From Octopus sinensis (taxonomy: Eukaryota): a stretch of DNA of 64,000 nucleotides. A program made the translations under genes and the position numbers. Positions 26,601 to 37,509 of this stretch are shown here, piece by piece. The stretch spans positions 15,872,001-15,936,000 of the forward strand of contig NC_043014.1 of assembly GCF_006345805.1 (NCBI RefSeq). The letters run 5' to 3'. Positions within the stretch are counted from its first letter, which is position 1. The number at the start of each line of letters is the position of its first letter. The notes below the pieces were generated by a model. The model saw nothing but the letters and a program-made list of their open reading frames with translations, was not told the DNA's origin and ran no database searches.

Positions 26601-29600
26601 GGTTTCCACTAAAGACAATCTCCCATCCAAAAGCAGACATCGTACTATAGGCTTCTTTTCACCTTCTGTCTACCCAAGTTCACTCACAAAGGTACAGCCC
26701 AAGGTACAGTATAATGGCATCGAGTAATTATGAAACAAACTTCTTAATTCTATGGGAGACAACCATGTGCACACACTACAACTGCTACTTTCAATTTCTG
26801 TCTACCGAATCCACTCGAGGCTTTGGTCAGTTTGATGCTATAGAAGAATACACTTGCCCAAGGTGCCACACAGTGGAACTGAACTTGGAACCATGTGGTT
26901 GGAAGCAAACTTCTAACAACACAGCCATGCCCAGACTATATATTGTGTTTGTGGAGCCCCAATAAGTTTTTGACTAGTTGCTACTATATCAAAGAAGGCG
27001 TTGGTAGGATTTGAACTCTAAGCATAAAGTGCCAGAACAAATACTACTAGATATTTTGTCCAGTGTTCAAACAATTTTGCCAATCCATGGCCCTAAATCA
27101 TTATTACCCTAATTGTTGTTTCCAATTTAGGTGCAAAGCTAGCAATTTTTGAGTTGGGTTGTATAGTCAATTACATAACAGTTTATTTTATCAACTTTGG
27201 AGGAATGGAAGTCAGGATTGAACTCAGAACATAAAGAGTTGGAAGAAATATTGCAAGGCTTTGTGTCCAGTACTCTAACAATTCTCCCAGTTCACTGCTC
27301 TAAATCATGTGTTAAAATATTATTATCAATTTTTGATTTAAAATGTGAAAACTGCCTAAGAGTTGTCTTTTGTTTTTGTATTAATCTTCGTTCCCACATT
27401 GTCATCATTTCATACTCGCTTTCCATGCTGGCATGGATTAGGCATTTTGACTGGAACTGATAAGCCAGAGAGCTGCACCAGGTTCCAGTCTTGATTTGGT
27501 AAGGTTACTACAGATGGATGCCCTTCCTAATGCCAACCATTCTCAGAGTGTAATGTGTATGTTTTATGTGCCATTTACATGACACCAGCAACAGCCACAA
27601 CTACAATTTCACTTGTTCTCAAGCACAGCCGATTTTGAAAGGTGTCAGTCACTTGTCATTGCTTCCGTGAGGCCTGACATTCAAAGATCACACAACCAGC
27701 AAAGGCCACAATTATGATTTCATGGATTCCATTTACATGGCACTGGTAACGGCCAATTATTTGTAAATTAACATAATCCTTTCAATACTGACCTGAGGCT
27801 GTCCTTGGTTTTGTGCTACAAAACCTCCCTTTTGAAAGTGTTCATATTTAAATTAAAACCTTTCATCACAATTTATGTATGAATCTGTTCCTTTTTAGTT
27901 ATGTGCCAAACACCAGTTTAATAATAACTGTTGTCTTATTAAATCCTTCCAAATACTTATTTTCAACAATAATTAAAAGTTAGGAAAATGGTCACAAAAG
28001 AATTAATGTAGTTTATGATTTGTGGATGTAGTTTGATCCTTCTGTTTCACATCTTTATTTAATTAATTAATTTCTTTTCTTTTTTCAGTTTCTTTCTCTA
28101 TGTTTTCTTGGCTGCTGTCATTGTCTTGATACTCGTTGGAGCCCAGCAACTTCTTGCTTCATTTGGCGTAAGTAGAAATAAAGTCAATTTTCATGATTTT
28201 TTTTTTTTTGTATTGCATAATGTCAAGATGAACAAGGTACAGCTTTTCTGGTTGTAGGGTTTAGATTCATATACTAGAGCAAACATTGCTGCCTCTTGTT
28301 TCTTGGATCAGAAGTTTTCTGAAAGACTACACTATTACATCATATCAATGGGGCTCTCTCTGACCTGCATTCTAACAACTTTTATGTACCTGAATGTCTC
28401 CCACACTCTTTCTGTTCATTAAAGGTAACAACATTCTGTGGTCATTAACAACACCCATTCATATACAGCTGGCACTTTGCTTTACACCTTCTTAAGCTTA
28501 CACTTCACTCCAAACATACATTAAATAATGAAACTCTTTAAGATTATCTTTCGATTGGAGACATGACAGCTAATCTACACATCACAATACATATCAAAGG
28601 AAACAGTCTTTCCCTCACCCTCAATGGTTGTGAACAACAAACATCTAAAACATTAGATACTCAGCTTCACATTCTTCAATAACTGCATCAGGAAGTACTT
28701 TGGCCTTGATCTGATCAGTTGCTGACCCTACAAAGCTGATCATTTTGGAGTTCAAATCACACAGTTGACTGTACTACTGCACCCACTTTTAATCTAAGCT
28801 GCTTCCAAAAGGTCATTTGGCTGATTGACAAAAATTCTGCAATCACTACAGATGCAGTTTCTTTCAACACTATTACAGTAATCTCTGAACTGTTTTCTCT
28901 CTCTCTTATATATATATAGGGAGAATTCACAAAAGACAAAGACAGGTGTTGTACAAAACAAACAGATGTATTAGTATAACGTTTGGGATGTGAAAAAGTC
29001 TTTAACGTTTCGAGCCTATGCTCTTCCACAGAAAGGAGTACAGAAAGAAACAAGGAGAGAAAATAAAGAATGTGTAGTGGCTCCTCCTACACCACCACAA
29101 ATTTTGCATTAAATACTTTGCCTCATCCTTCATTTCTGGAGCTCTACATTTTTTCCAACATAAACCTCATCAAAGGGGGAAGAGCAGTATCCTATCTTAT
29201 ATATAAAGAACTGTACTAAAAATCATCAATTTCAGAAATTATTACTCATTAATTTTTGCCTTGAAAGTGTAGAAATGATTTGCTGAGATACTAATTAACA
29301 GAAAGTTTTATTTAAACTTCAGTACATAGCATTTAATGACAAAGTAAAGAAGATAAACTCATTTCGTTTCAGAGAAAGACGAGAACAGTAAAGCCAAGAG
29401 TGACTGTAGAACTTGGTACAGAGAAGAACGATGTAGATTACGAATGGCTCCCAAAGGAAATACTTCAAGAAATGAGTAAGTAAATCTTGTTTCAATGTTC
29501 TTCAGTTTGATTGCCATTATTTGGTAACTAGATTGTTAAATTTTGTATAGCTTATAAAACAATAACCATCTAATTAAAACCAAGATTAAATTTAATATTA

Positions 29601-30608
29601 GCAATAATCTTTGAAATAAGTCAATGTAATAGAAGTTTTACATTGATCTCATTAAAAATTCTGGAAATCTGTCAGAAATACAGTTTTCAGTTCAAACTAA
29701 ACCCTTGGAGGCAATGAAACAATATACAGATTGTGATCTGAATATGAGACTTAAAATGCAGAATATTTGAATTATTCTAAAATGATGTAAATAGCAAATT
29801 TTTTATTCAAAGTTTCTGTCTAATTATCCATTAAAACAATGATTCATTTGTTTGTTAGTAACTAACAAAACTATTAATCTCTTATTTCATAATTTTAAGC
29901 CTACATATCTCTGAGGCAGGACACAATGAGAGCATCCCTATTTTTATCTCTTAATAAGCAAAATAACTCTTTACTTTCCTTTGGTGTTACTTCATTTTTA
30001 ATCTTAACTAGTGTAAAATAACATGGTTAATTAGGTTAGGTGAATAAGATAGAAAATAGTCAAAAAAAAAATCATTATTAACATAGTTGAGGTAACCCTG
30101 AACTTACTTGCTTATATCCCATCCAGTTTCTTCTGGGTTCAGATTCTAACTGTCATCCCTCTAGTATTGACAACTGTTGAATTTATGATGTTACCATGCA
30201 CAAAATTGGTCCACAGTCCAGTTTAAAATAAACGTTTAAGTATTTTAGTTACTTCTTAGTTAATAATGTCCATAATCTAGTTATAAATTACTAATTGGGA
30301 CTGACTTGTTTATGTTATTGTTATGTTCTTAGTTATGAAACATTGTAACTTAGAGCCTTCTGGCTTGCCAGTCCTCACTCAAACCGTCCAACCCATGCCA
30401 GCATGGAAAATAGATGTTAAGCGATGATGTAACATCATTGCTTTTTCAAACTTGGAAAGTATTGAAAGCCTCTAATTGTCAAACTGTGCATGTATTATAT
30501 ATATATTTTTTCTTTCTTTCAGACCGATCCCCCCGCAGAGGGACCCCAAAGGTATCACCAAGAAAGCGCCGTCAAAACAAGCGCTTTACAGGAGCTGGAG
30601 AAGAATAA
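2251..30608 (+). CDS. SSR1: Translocon-associated protein subunit alpha (TRAP-alpha), 9 coding exons, 918 nt, 305 aa
   Basis: join(2251-2326,19326-19465,20430-20523,21268-21395,23609-23740,26387-26466,28089-28167,29373-29475,30523-30608). All introns are GT-AG and phases match. The product has a signal peptide, an acidic N-terminus, the motifs LVGFTN, SLRYPQDFSFYIQNFT, RPFGLVVNINY, FNETV and DEGLDGETFF, a TM helix, and DVDYEWLP. Confidence 0.97.
5870..6270 (+). mobile_element. RTE-tail-type retroposon copy (family ending CCAACCCATGCYAGCATGGAAA...CGTTAAACGATGATG)
   Basis: Contains GGCAYRTAAAAAGCACC subrepeats, TTAGGAAGGGCATCCAGCTGTAGAAAC and an (ATG)n tail. More than 15 related copies occur on both strands in the window. 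Confidence 0.8.
7480..8090 (+). mobile_element. Decayed RTE LINE 3' end
   Basis: Similar to 36200-36890 (TGATCTTCGGATGTTGAG, ATGACAAGTGACC) and followed by the family tail. Confidence 0.55.
11460..12494 (+). mobile_element. Decayed mariner transposon (Hsmar1/cecropia-like), in SSR1 intron 1
   Basis: Perfect 20-bp TIR TCAGGTCATTAAGAATGAAA at both ends, flanked by TA. Transposase remnants: TARNIN, VDNDEL...TMRELAARFDVS, KKLDKLVPHKL, HPPYSPDLASTD. Many stops and frameshifts. Confidence 0.88.
16620..18540 (+). mobile_element. Decayed RTE-clade LINE reverse transcriptase, interrupted by a SINE
   Basis: Recognisable remnants: LDEMQYGFIPG, EKVFDKV (AFD motif), ITEEFKTG..WELVYAGNLVL (YADD-like), and a later FCYLGD-like block. 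Confidence 0.7.
17459..17995 (+). mobile_element. tRNA-headed SINE (GCAGGAGTGGCTGTGTGGTAAG... family) with an internal foldback
   Basis: A-box/B-box-like head (TGGCTGTGTGG; GGTTCAGTCCC). Related copies lie near 10.7-11.0, 15.4-15.7, 22.6-22.7, 32.9-33.2, 37.0-37.4, 39.2-39.5 kb (-) and 49.7-50.1, 56.0-56.4 kb (+). Confidence 0.8.
18612..18775 (+). mobile_element. Young RTE-tail-type retroposon copy
   Basis: Nearly identical to 33715-33856. Confidence 0.8.
18777..18994 (+). mobile_element. piggyBac-type MITE (CCCTTTAGCATT...ATGCTAAAAGG|TTAA)
   Basis: Short CCC-starting TIRs and a TTAA on the right side. Same family as 41292-41506 and 45678-45897. Confidence 0.7.
19326..19465 (+). CDS. SSR1: SSR1 exon 2 (acidic region)
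   Basis: Pyrimidine tract + TAG acceptor; GCQNGLAMAEDADPVEGEEEEATVETDDG...SDK; donor GTGAGT. Confidence 0.92.
20430..20523 (+). CDS. SSR1: SSR1 exon 3
   Basis: TTCAG acceptor; GEEEDDDDEKPLSASPFADTYILFIKPVTST; donor GTGAGG. Confidence 0.95.
21268..21395 (+). CDS. SSR1: SSR1 exon 4
   Basis: ELPAGKPVRILVGFTNIGKNDFTVDTMEASLRYPQDFSFYIQN; donor GTAAGT. Confidence 0.97.
22207..22390 (+). mobile_element. tRNA-derived SINE with conserved central GCCTTTCATCCTTTCGGGGTCGATAAAATAAGTACC-type domain
   Basis: Family copies at ~5.35-5.7, 15.1-15.3, 16.0-16.2, 24.1-24.4, 46.5-46.7, 54.3-54.5, 55.2-55.4, 57.7-57.85, 58.6-59.0 and 60.3-60.5 kb. Resemblance to the MetaSINE central domain is from memory and unverified. 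Confidence 0.75.
23609..23740 (+). CDS. SSR1: SSR1 exon 5
   Basis: FTTVRYNQAIEPKRQASFEYEFIPNEALHARPFGLVVNINYQDA; TTTCAG acceptor and GTGAGT donor. Confidence 0.97.
24830..25340 (-). mobile_element. Decayed RTE-like LINE fragment
   Basis: Its reverse complement resembles 18050-18450. It accounts for the spurious 202-aa + strand ORF. Confidence 0.45.
26387..26466 (+). CDS. SSR1: SSR1 exon 6
   Basis: EGNFYQTAVFNETVNIVETDEGLDGET; phase-2 donor GTAAGT. Confidence 0.96.
28089..28167 (+). CDS. SSR1: SSR1 exon 7 (transmembrane helix)
   Basis: FFLYVFLAAVIVLILVGAQQLLASFG; long T tract acceptor and GTAAGT donor. Confidence 0.96.
28919..29082 (-). mobile_element. Penelope-type short repeat with a degenerate hammerhead-like motif (copy 1)
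   Basis: Shares ATGTATTAGT...AAAAAGTCTTTAACGTTTCGAGCCTAYGCTCTTC...GAAACAAGGAGAGAAAA with the copies at 43.6 and 51.2 kb. Confidence 0.6.
29373..29475 (+). CDS. SSR1: SSR1 exon 8
   Basis: RKTRTVKPRVTVELGTEKNDVDYEWLPKEILQEM; phase-1 donor GTAAGT. Confidence 0.96.
30523..30608 (+). CDS. SSR1: SSR1 exon 9 (to stop codon)
   Basis: NRSPRRGTPKVSPRKRRQNKRFTGAGEE*; TTTCAG acceptor. Confidence 0.95.
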
Positions 30609-30693
30609 CCGAGTTGTTGGTTAAACCAAGATTAACAATTCTTAAATTTTCTCCTTGCCATGTTGTTAGGAGAGAAACTTTTCTACTTCTAAA

Positions 30694-30706
30694 AATAAAA
30701 TTTATT
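30694..30706. terminator. Back-to-back poly(A) signals AATAAA-A-TTTATT (a further AATAAA at 30778-30783 on +)
   Basis: AATAAA on + at 30694-30699 and AATAAA on - at 30701-30706, lying between the convergent stop codons. Actual usage cannot be seen from sequence. Confidence 0.45.
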
Positions 30707-31598
30707 CCACGAAAAAAGTCCAAGTTCCCTCAAATTATAAGTAGGATTTTCCCTTTGTATGAATGTTGAACTAGAGGAATAAAAGGACTTAATTTCTAAC
30801 TAAATTCTTCATTTTCATTTTTCTAACCAACTATTTTGTTTACTTCATAAATGTTGTTATCTATGTATCATATGTAATGTATATACTCTGTTGATAGGCC
30901 AGCTACTATGGTATTTGTCCTGAAATAACATATCTTGTGGACGTGCAGCATTAAAACACTATATCAGAGGGAGTGAAGGAAAAAATCATCACTGCAGCAT
31001 ATCCATAGGAAAGGCCACAAATTTTCCAAGCATGTGGTTATTTCTTTAATATAATCAAAAGGATTTGAAAGGTTAAGAGCTAAAATCAAACATATTTCCT
31101 TGTGCCAAAAGGAAAGAAATTAATTACAATTAAGTAATTAACATTTTCTTAATTTGCTTGTCATTGTCATCATTTTACATTTGCTTTTCCACATTGGTAT
31201 GCATTAGATGAGTCATCACAGTTCCAGTCAGCTTTTAATCAGTCTTCATGTTGTAAGTTCTATTTTTAACTTGATTTCTATGGTTAGAATCCTTTACTAT
31301 CACCAGTCACTTTACAGAGTGAATTGGATGCATTTTATTGTGACATTGGTACAAGAGAGATTGATGTGTTCCAGCAAGACTACCTTGCAATTCTGCTCTG
31401 CCATTCACCAGCAGATTTTCTCGTGCCAGGCAGATGAAAAGAGTGAGTATTGAAAGACAACCAGAGCAAGTTGATTATAGTAGAAGACTAATTGAATACA
31501 ACCAAAGAGGAAGTAAAGGTGGGAGAGTGACAGACAGATGAATGGTGATTGCTGATAGGGAGATTTAATAGGAAAGACTCTGACAGCATGATAGAATA

Positions 31599-31604
31599 TT
31601 TATT
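31599..31604 (-). terminator. Candidate proximal poly(A) signal of CTU2
   Basis: TTTATT on +, i.e. AATAAA on -, about 120 nt after the CTU2 stop codon. Confidence 0.45.
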
Positions 31605-31726
31605 TTAATTGTAAAATAGAAGAACCACTTCTTTGGGCCCATTGCTTGAAGTAGTGTTTCTTAGTCTCCACATTTAGTTCACTCTGCTAATCAAGATTTT
31701 TAAATATCATAAAAGTTTAATTTTCA

Positions 31727-31805
31727 TCAACTGTCACCAGTGTTAAGTATATTTTCATTTGAAGGCTCAAGAAGAAAGTCTTTGATATAATCTTTCTGTA
31801 GTAAA
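31727..31805 (-). CDS. CTU2: CTU2 exon 15 (to stop codon)
   Basis: LLQKDYIKDFLLEPSNENILNTGDS*. Confidence 0.9.
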
Positions 31806-34800
31806 CTGTAAAAAACAAGAACATTATATATTGAACAATACTTTTTTTTCCCTTAAATTTAAATATAAATTAAATAAAAAAGTAGTTTTAATTTTTTTGT
31901 AATTAAATAAAAAACAAAAAAAAATTATCTAAATCAAATATAGGGAGGAGTATTGAATAATTAAACTAATATTGAAACTCAATTGAATGTTCTTTTTCAT
32001 TAGTTTGAATTATATTTCAGTTTACAACAGCGTTTTAATTTTATTGAAATTACAAATCAAAAGTAATAAAAAAAATATTGACATTCAGATTCAAACTAAT
32101 CTTGTGGTACGATAATTAAAAACTGCTGGTCAAACATTATTTAAAAAAATTCTACACAAACCTTATATTTGGTTGAGTCATTTGAATTGGTAAAAGATCT
32201 GGTTCATTCTTAGTGTAGAAAGAAAGAGAGGAAATAATTGTCAGACATGAATTGCTTATTTTCGTAGCTTTGGTTAATGCAACATTTTGGATGTTAAAAC
32301 CAATACTTATGAGGCAAAAAAGAAAAAAAAATACATTTCAAATTATTCCTCTCAAAGTACACTGCTATTTAGAGAAGTTATAAGGAACTTCATATTGATT
32401 AATCTGCTAGAAACGGCAATGAAATTTCCTTCAATCACACAGCCATCTTAAAGGAAGGACATATAGAGGCTACATTATAGTATCAGGGGTGGGGGGAGAA
32501 TGGTCATTTGTCTGTTCAATGTGCGCTATGTGGGGGTCTACACAACAGCTGCATTTACCTGGAAAATTGCAGGAAGAGGTTTCAAACTTTATCAATAACT
32601 TACATTATAGAAATAGGTCAAACTAGTAGAACTTAATTTGAAGGTAGAATTGGTTCAGCATCAGACATAACGCCTTTTTCTTATTTATCACATTTCTGTT
32701 AAGGTGGTGAGTTGACAATGCATTTACAAAGAGCCATTTGCACCTCATTAAATAAAATTAACACTCATGACTCTCAGTGGCCTACTGTAAGATGCATGAA
32801 CAACAAGCTGTTATTTCACTGTTGTTCCAAGTTAGTCATTACAGAACAACTAAGGTAGTATAAAAATACCTTAATAAGAATTATCAAACTTGAACATAGT
32901 TCAGGCTTTAAAATATACCTTTGACTTGTTTTAGTCATTAGATTGTGGTGATACTGGGGCACCACCTTGGTACTTTTTTTCTTTTCAAGTACTAGTACTT
33001 ATTCTATTGGTTTCTTTTATTGAACCACTAAATTATAGGATGTAAACACACCACCATTGGTTGCCAAGCGATAGTGGAAGACACACACATGTACATACAA
33101 CAGGTTTCTTTCAGTTTTCGTCTACCAAATCCACTTACAAGGCTTTGGTTGACCTGAGGTTATAGTAGAAGACACCTGCCCAAAGTGCCACACAATGGGA
33201 CTGAACCTGGAATCATGTGGTTGGAAAGTAAGATGTATCTGATGATCTTAATTTATCAAAAAGACCACTATCTAATGAAGTACTCAATACATTTTAAAAT
33301 GCAGTTTATTTTATTTTGATATTGACTCAAACTACTTGACCTCTGAAGATGTATTACAGAACAAGAAACACCAAATATTTATACATATATACACTAAATT
33401 TAGTGTTTCTTGGCCCCTGATACATCTTCAGAGGTCATATAGTTAGATCTTTGAAGATTTAGAAAATATGAAACAGTAAATTTTGTATAAAGTCAAAATA
33501 AAATAAATACAAACCTAGCATTTTAAATTGTATTGAGTACTTTATTGGATAGTTGTTTTCTTGATAAATTAAAGATCATCAGATACATATGTGTGCATAT
33601 ATATATATATATGCCGGTGGCACATAAAAAGCACCATCCGACCGTGGCCGTTTGCCAGACTTGTCTGGCACCTGTGCAGGTGGCACGTAAAAAGCACCCA
33701 CTACACTCATGGAGTGGTTGGCGTTAGGAAGGGCATCCAGCCGTAGAAACATTGCCAGATCAGACTGGGCCTGGTGCAGCCTTCTGGCTTCCCAGACCCC
33801 AGTTGCACCGTCCAACCCATGCCAGCATGGAAAGTGGACGCTAAACGATGATGATGTGTGTGTGTGTGATCCAGTCCATGTTAATAGATTGATGAAATTT
33901 AACAGAGAAGCAGTGGCAGGGTAATTTCATTATTAAGATGTAAAGAAAGACCTTCAACTCAGGATTGCAAAGTAATGGAACAATAGTTAATTTATACAGG
34001 TACGTATTGGTAAGTTGTACTCATTGGTAAACATCATCTGTAAGTTGTACTCATTGTGTTTTTCAAAAAACTTGATGGGATAAGTGACAGTTATGTGAAA
34101 TGTTGACATAATATCCTTACTTGTAACATGTTACGAAGATCAACTGTAACTCTAAAGTCATAAATTCTCCGATTTGGGACGTATTTAAAATAGCAAAGCA
34201 AAAAATTTAAAATTTTTAAATCCCGCTAAATTTTACTTCAGGAGCCTTTACCTTTTTGATACCAACCTGCCTGAGACTGCCTTCAAATCTATGATATAAA
34301 CATCCTGTTATCTAAATTAAAACTATCCACCAAAATTCTATGTTAAATTATGTTCCAAACACCAGCTTAATAGTGACAGCTATTTTACTAAATTCTACAT
34401 TATTTTCAAAATCAATTGAGACAAAGGTAATGTGTTTTAACAGAAATATAGTGAAGATCAACTGATTTCATATGTTGAAATTAAATATGTTGTTGGTGTT
34501 GTAATTCCATTATGATAAAAGTATTTACTCACCATTTCTCGTGCCATGGCTCGACAACCAAAACATAGGTGATCAGAGATATCAACATCATTGCTAAAAC
34601 AAAGATAACAGATTTTCTTAATAGTATGCATGGTCAAGATGGAAAGGATAAATCTCATTGAAATATTTTTTAAAAATTGTAATTTAGAAGGGATCTTCTC
34701 CAGAAATAATGATTAAAAGAATATGATGGGATTTAACAAATGCTTTTTGCTTTGATAATTTCTTTCAAAATAAAGTACAGGATATCACCATCATTTAACA

Positions 34801-37464
34801 TCCATGTTCCATGTTGACATGAGTTAGATGGTTTGAACATTCGAGCGAGGTCGTTGCCAGTGCCGCTGGACTGGCTCCTGTGCAGGTGGCACATACAAAA
34901 CACCATTTGAGTGTGGCCGTTACTAATACTGCCTGACTGGCCCTCATGCCGGTAGCACCCACTACACTCTCAGAGTGGTTGACATTACGAAGGGCATCCA
35001 GCTGTAGAAACTCTGCCAGATTAGATTGGAGCCTGGTGCAGCCATCTGGTTCACCAGTCCTCAATCAAATCGTCCAACCCATGGTAGCATGGAAAGTGGA
35101 CGTTAAACGATGATGATGGGTCCAAGGACTGCATTGTGTTTCAGTGTTTCCTTCAGCATGGCTTCTGTGGTTGGATGCCCTTCCTAATGTCAACCACTTG
35201 TGTGCTTTCTTCGTGCCACTGGCACTAAGGAGGTCACCATGCAGCTCAAGATTACAAAACAAAGGGAGATGAAGGGCTAAAGTGTGAGAGAAGGTGGGAG
35301 CTTGAGTGTAGGTTACACAACCAAGTGGTTCTAGGTTTGATCTCAGTGTGAATCAAACGAAACTGAGTGAAGTTTGGCAGACAGAAACTACACAGAGAAG
35401 CCAGCCAAATTCATATGTTTATATCATCATCATCATATATATTATAATCACACACGTATGTAGATTGTATTTAATTCTGTCCCTTGATATTAAGATGTAC
35501 TTTGCCCTTTTGCTTTTTAGTAACAGAGTATTGAGAGTGGTATAATGAACTAAAACATTCAAATGGTGATGCCCCAGCATGACCATAGTCCAAAAATTGA
35601 AACCAATCAAAGAACACACAATTCACCTGACACAGATAGAAGGCCCTGCTCGATCTGTAGAAAAGGCATAGGCAGAAACTCCATAAGATATACCCAGTGT
35701 AAGCTATGGACACATAGGAGGTAGAGCAACATCAGAGGAAGATTAACAGGAAAAATAGTTATTGTGTGTGAAATTGCACAGGTACAATTAACACTAAAAA
35801 TGTACAGGAAACAGACTCCATCAAATGCCATGGGGAAAACTAGAAATAGTCGATAGCTTCTGTTACCTTGGTGACCAAGTCAGTAGTGGAGGTGGATGCT
35901 CCAAGAGCATAGCTGCCAGAATAAGAGTAGGCTGGGCAAAGTTCAGAGAGCTACCTCTGCTGATAACAAAGGGCCTCTCTCTCAGAGTGAAAGCAGACTG
36001 TATGATGCCTGTGTACAAACAGCCATGCTACACGGCAGTGAAACATGGGTTGTAACTGCTGAAGACATGTGTAGGCTTGTAAGATATGAAGCTAACATGC
36101 TTCGCTGGATGTGTAATGTCAGTGTGCATTCACAACAAAGTAAGCATCTTGAGAGAAAAGTTGGGCATGAGGTATCAGTTGTGGTGTGCAAGAGAGATGA
36201 CTGCGCTGGTATGGTCGTGTGATGCATGTAGATGAGGACAGCTGTGTGAAGATGTGCCACACTCTAAAGATGGAAGAGGTAGACCCAAGAAGATATGGGA
36301 TGAGGTGTTGAAGCATGATCTTCGAATGTTGGACCTCATGGAGGCAATGACAAGTGACTGAGACCGTTGGTGATATGCTGTGCTTGAGGAGACCCGTCAA
36401 GCCAAGTGAGATTGTAGTTGTGGCTGATGCCAGTGACACATAACTGGCATGTAAAAAGCACCCTTCAAACGTTGGGTGATGTGCTGTGCTGAGAAGAATT
36501 GTCAAGCTAAGTGAAATCATAGTCATGGCTGATACCAGTGCCGTTTGACTGGCACCCGTGCTGGTAGCATGTAAAAGGCACCATTCAAGCATTGAACCTC
36601 ACAGTGGCAGTGACAAGTGACTGAGACCTTTGGCGATATACCATGCTTGTGTAAACCTGTCAAGTTAAGTGAGACCATAGTTATGGCCGATGCTGGTGTC
36701 ACATCAATGGCACCCATTCCAGTGACATGTAAAAAGAACCCACTACACTTTTGAAGTGGTTGGAATTAGGAAAGGCATCCAGCTGTAGAAACCTTGCCAA
36801 ATCAGATTGGAACCTGGTGCAGCTTACCAATTTTTCAGTCAAACCATTCAACCCATGCTAGCATGGAAAGCAAATGTTAAATGATGATGATGACAAACAC
36901 AACAGAACTTACAACCCCAGATACTGTGGAAACTAACTAAAACAAAACAATGTAAAGCATCCATCATAATTCATAACCTAATTACTCATTAATGCAGAAA
37001 TTGCAAGTACTATTCAGATATCTTTTACTTTTTTCCAGTCACTAGACTAAACTGCAGCCATGCTGGAGCACCACCTTGAAAAATTTTAGTCAAACAAATC
37101 GACCCCTGTACTTTTTTTTGCTTGTTTATTAAACCTTGTTCTTATTCTATCAGTCTCTCTTGCCAAGCTGTTAAGTTATGGGAATGTAAACACACTAACA
37201 CTGGTCATCAAGCAGTGGAGGACAAACATAGATACACACACACACTACAGACTTTCAGTTTCCATCTACCAAATCCACTCATAAGGATTTGGTTGGACCA
37301 ATACAAAAGTAGAAGACACTTGGCCAAAGTTCCATGCAGTGGAACTGAACCTGGAACCATGTGCTTTGGAAGCAAACTTCTTACAACAGAGCCAAAACCT
37401 AATTACCATACTGTTAAAAATGTAATTGCTATCATTACCAATTAAACAATTTTGTAAATGTAAC

Positions 37465-37509
<45 letters not shown>

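Noticed and set aside
34250-34305. Phase-compatible exon candidate DVYIIDLKAVSGRLVSK for CTU2 exon 14
   Set aside because: It lies inside a copy of the piggyBac-type MITE. The 32162-32208 exon has a better pyrimidine tract and the DLLP motif.
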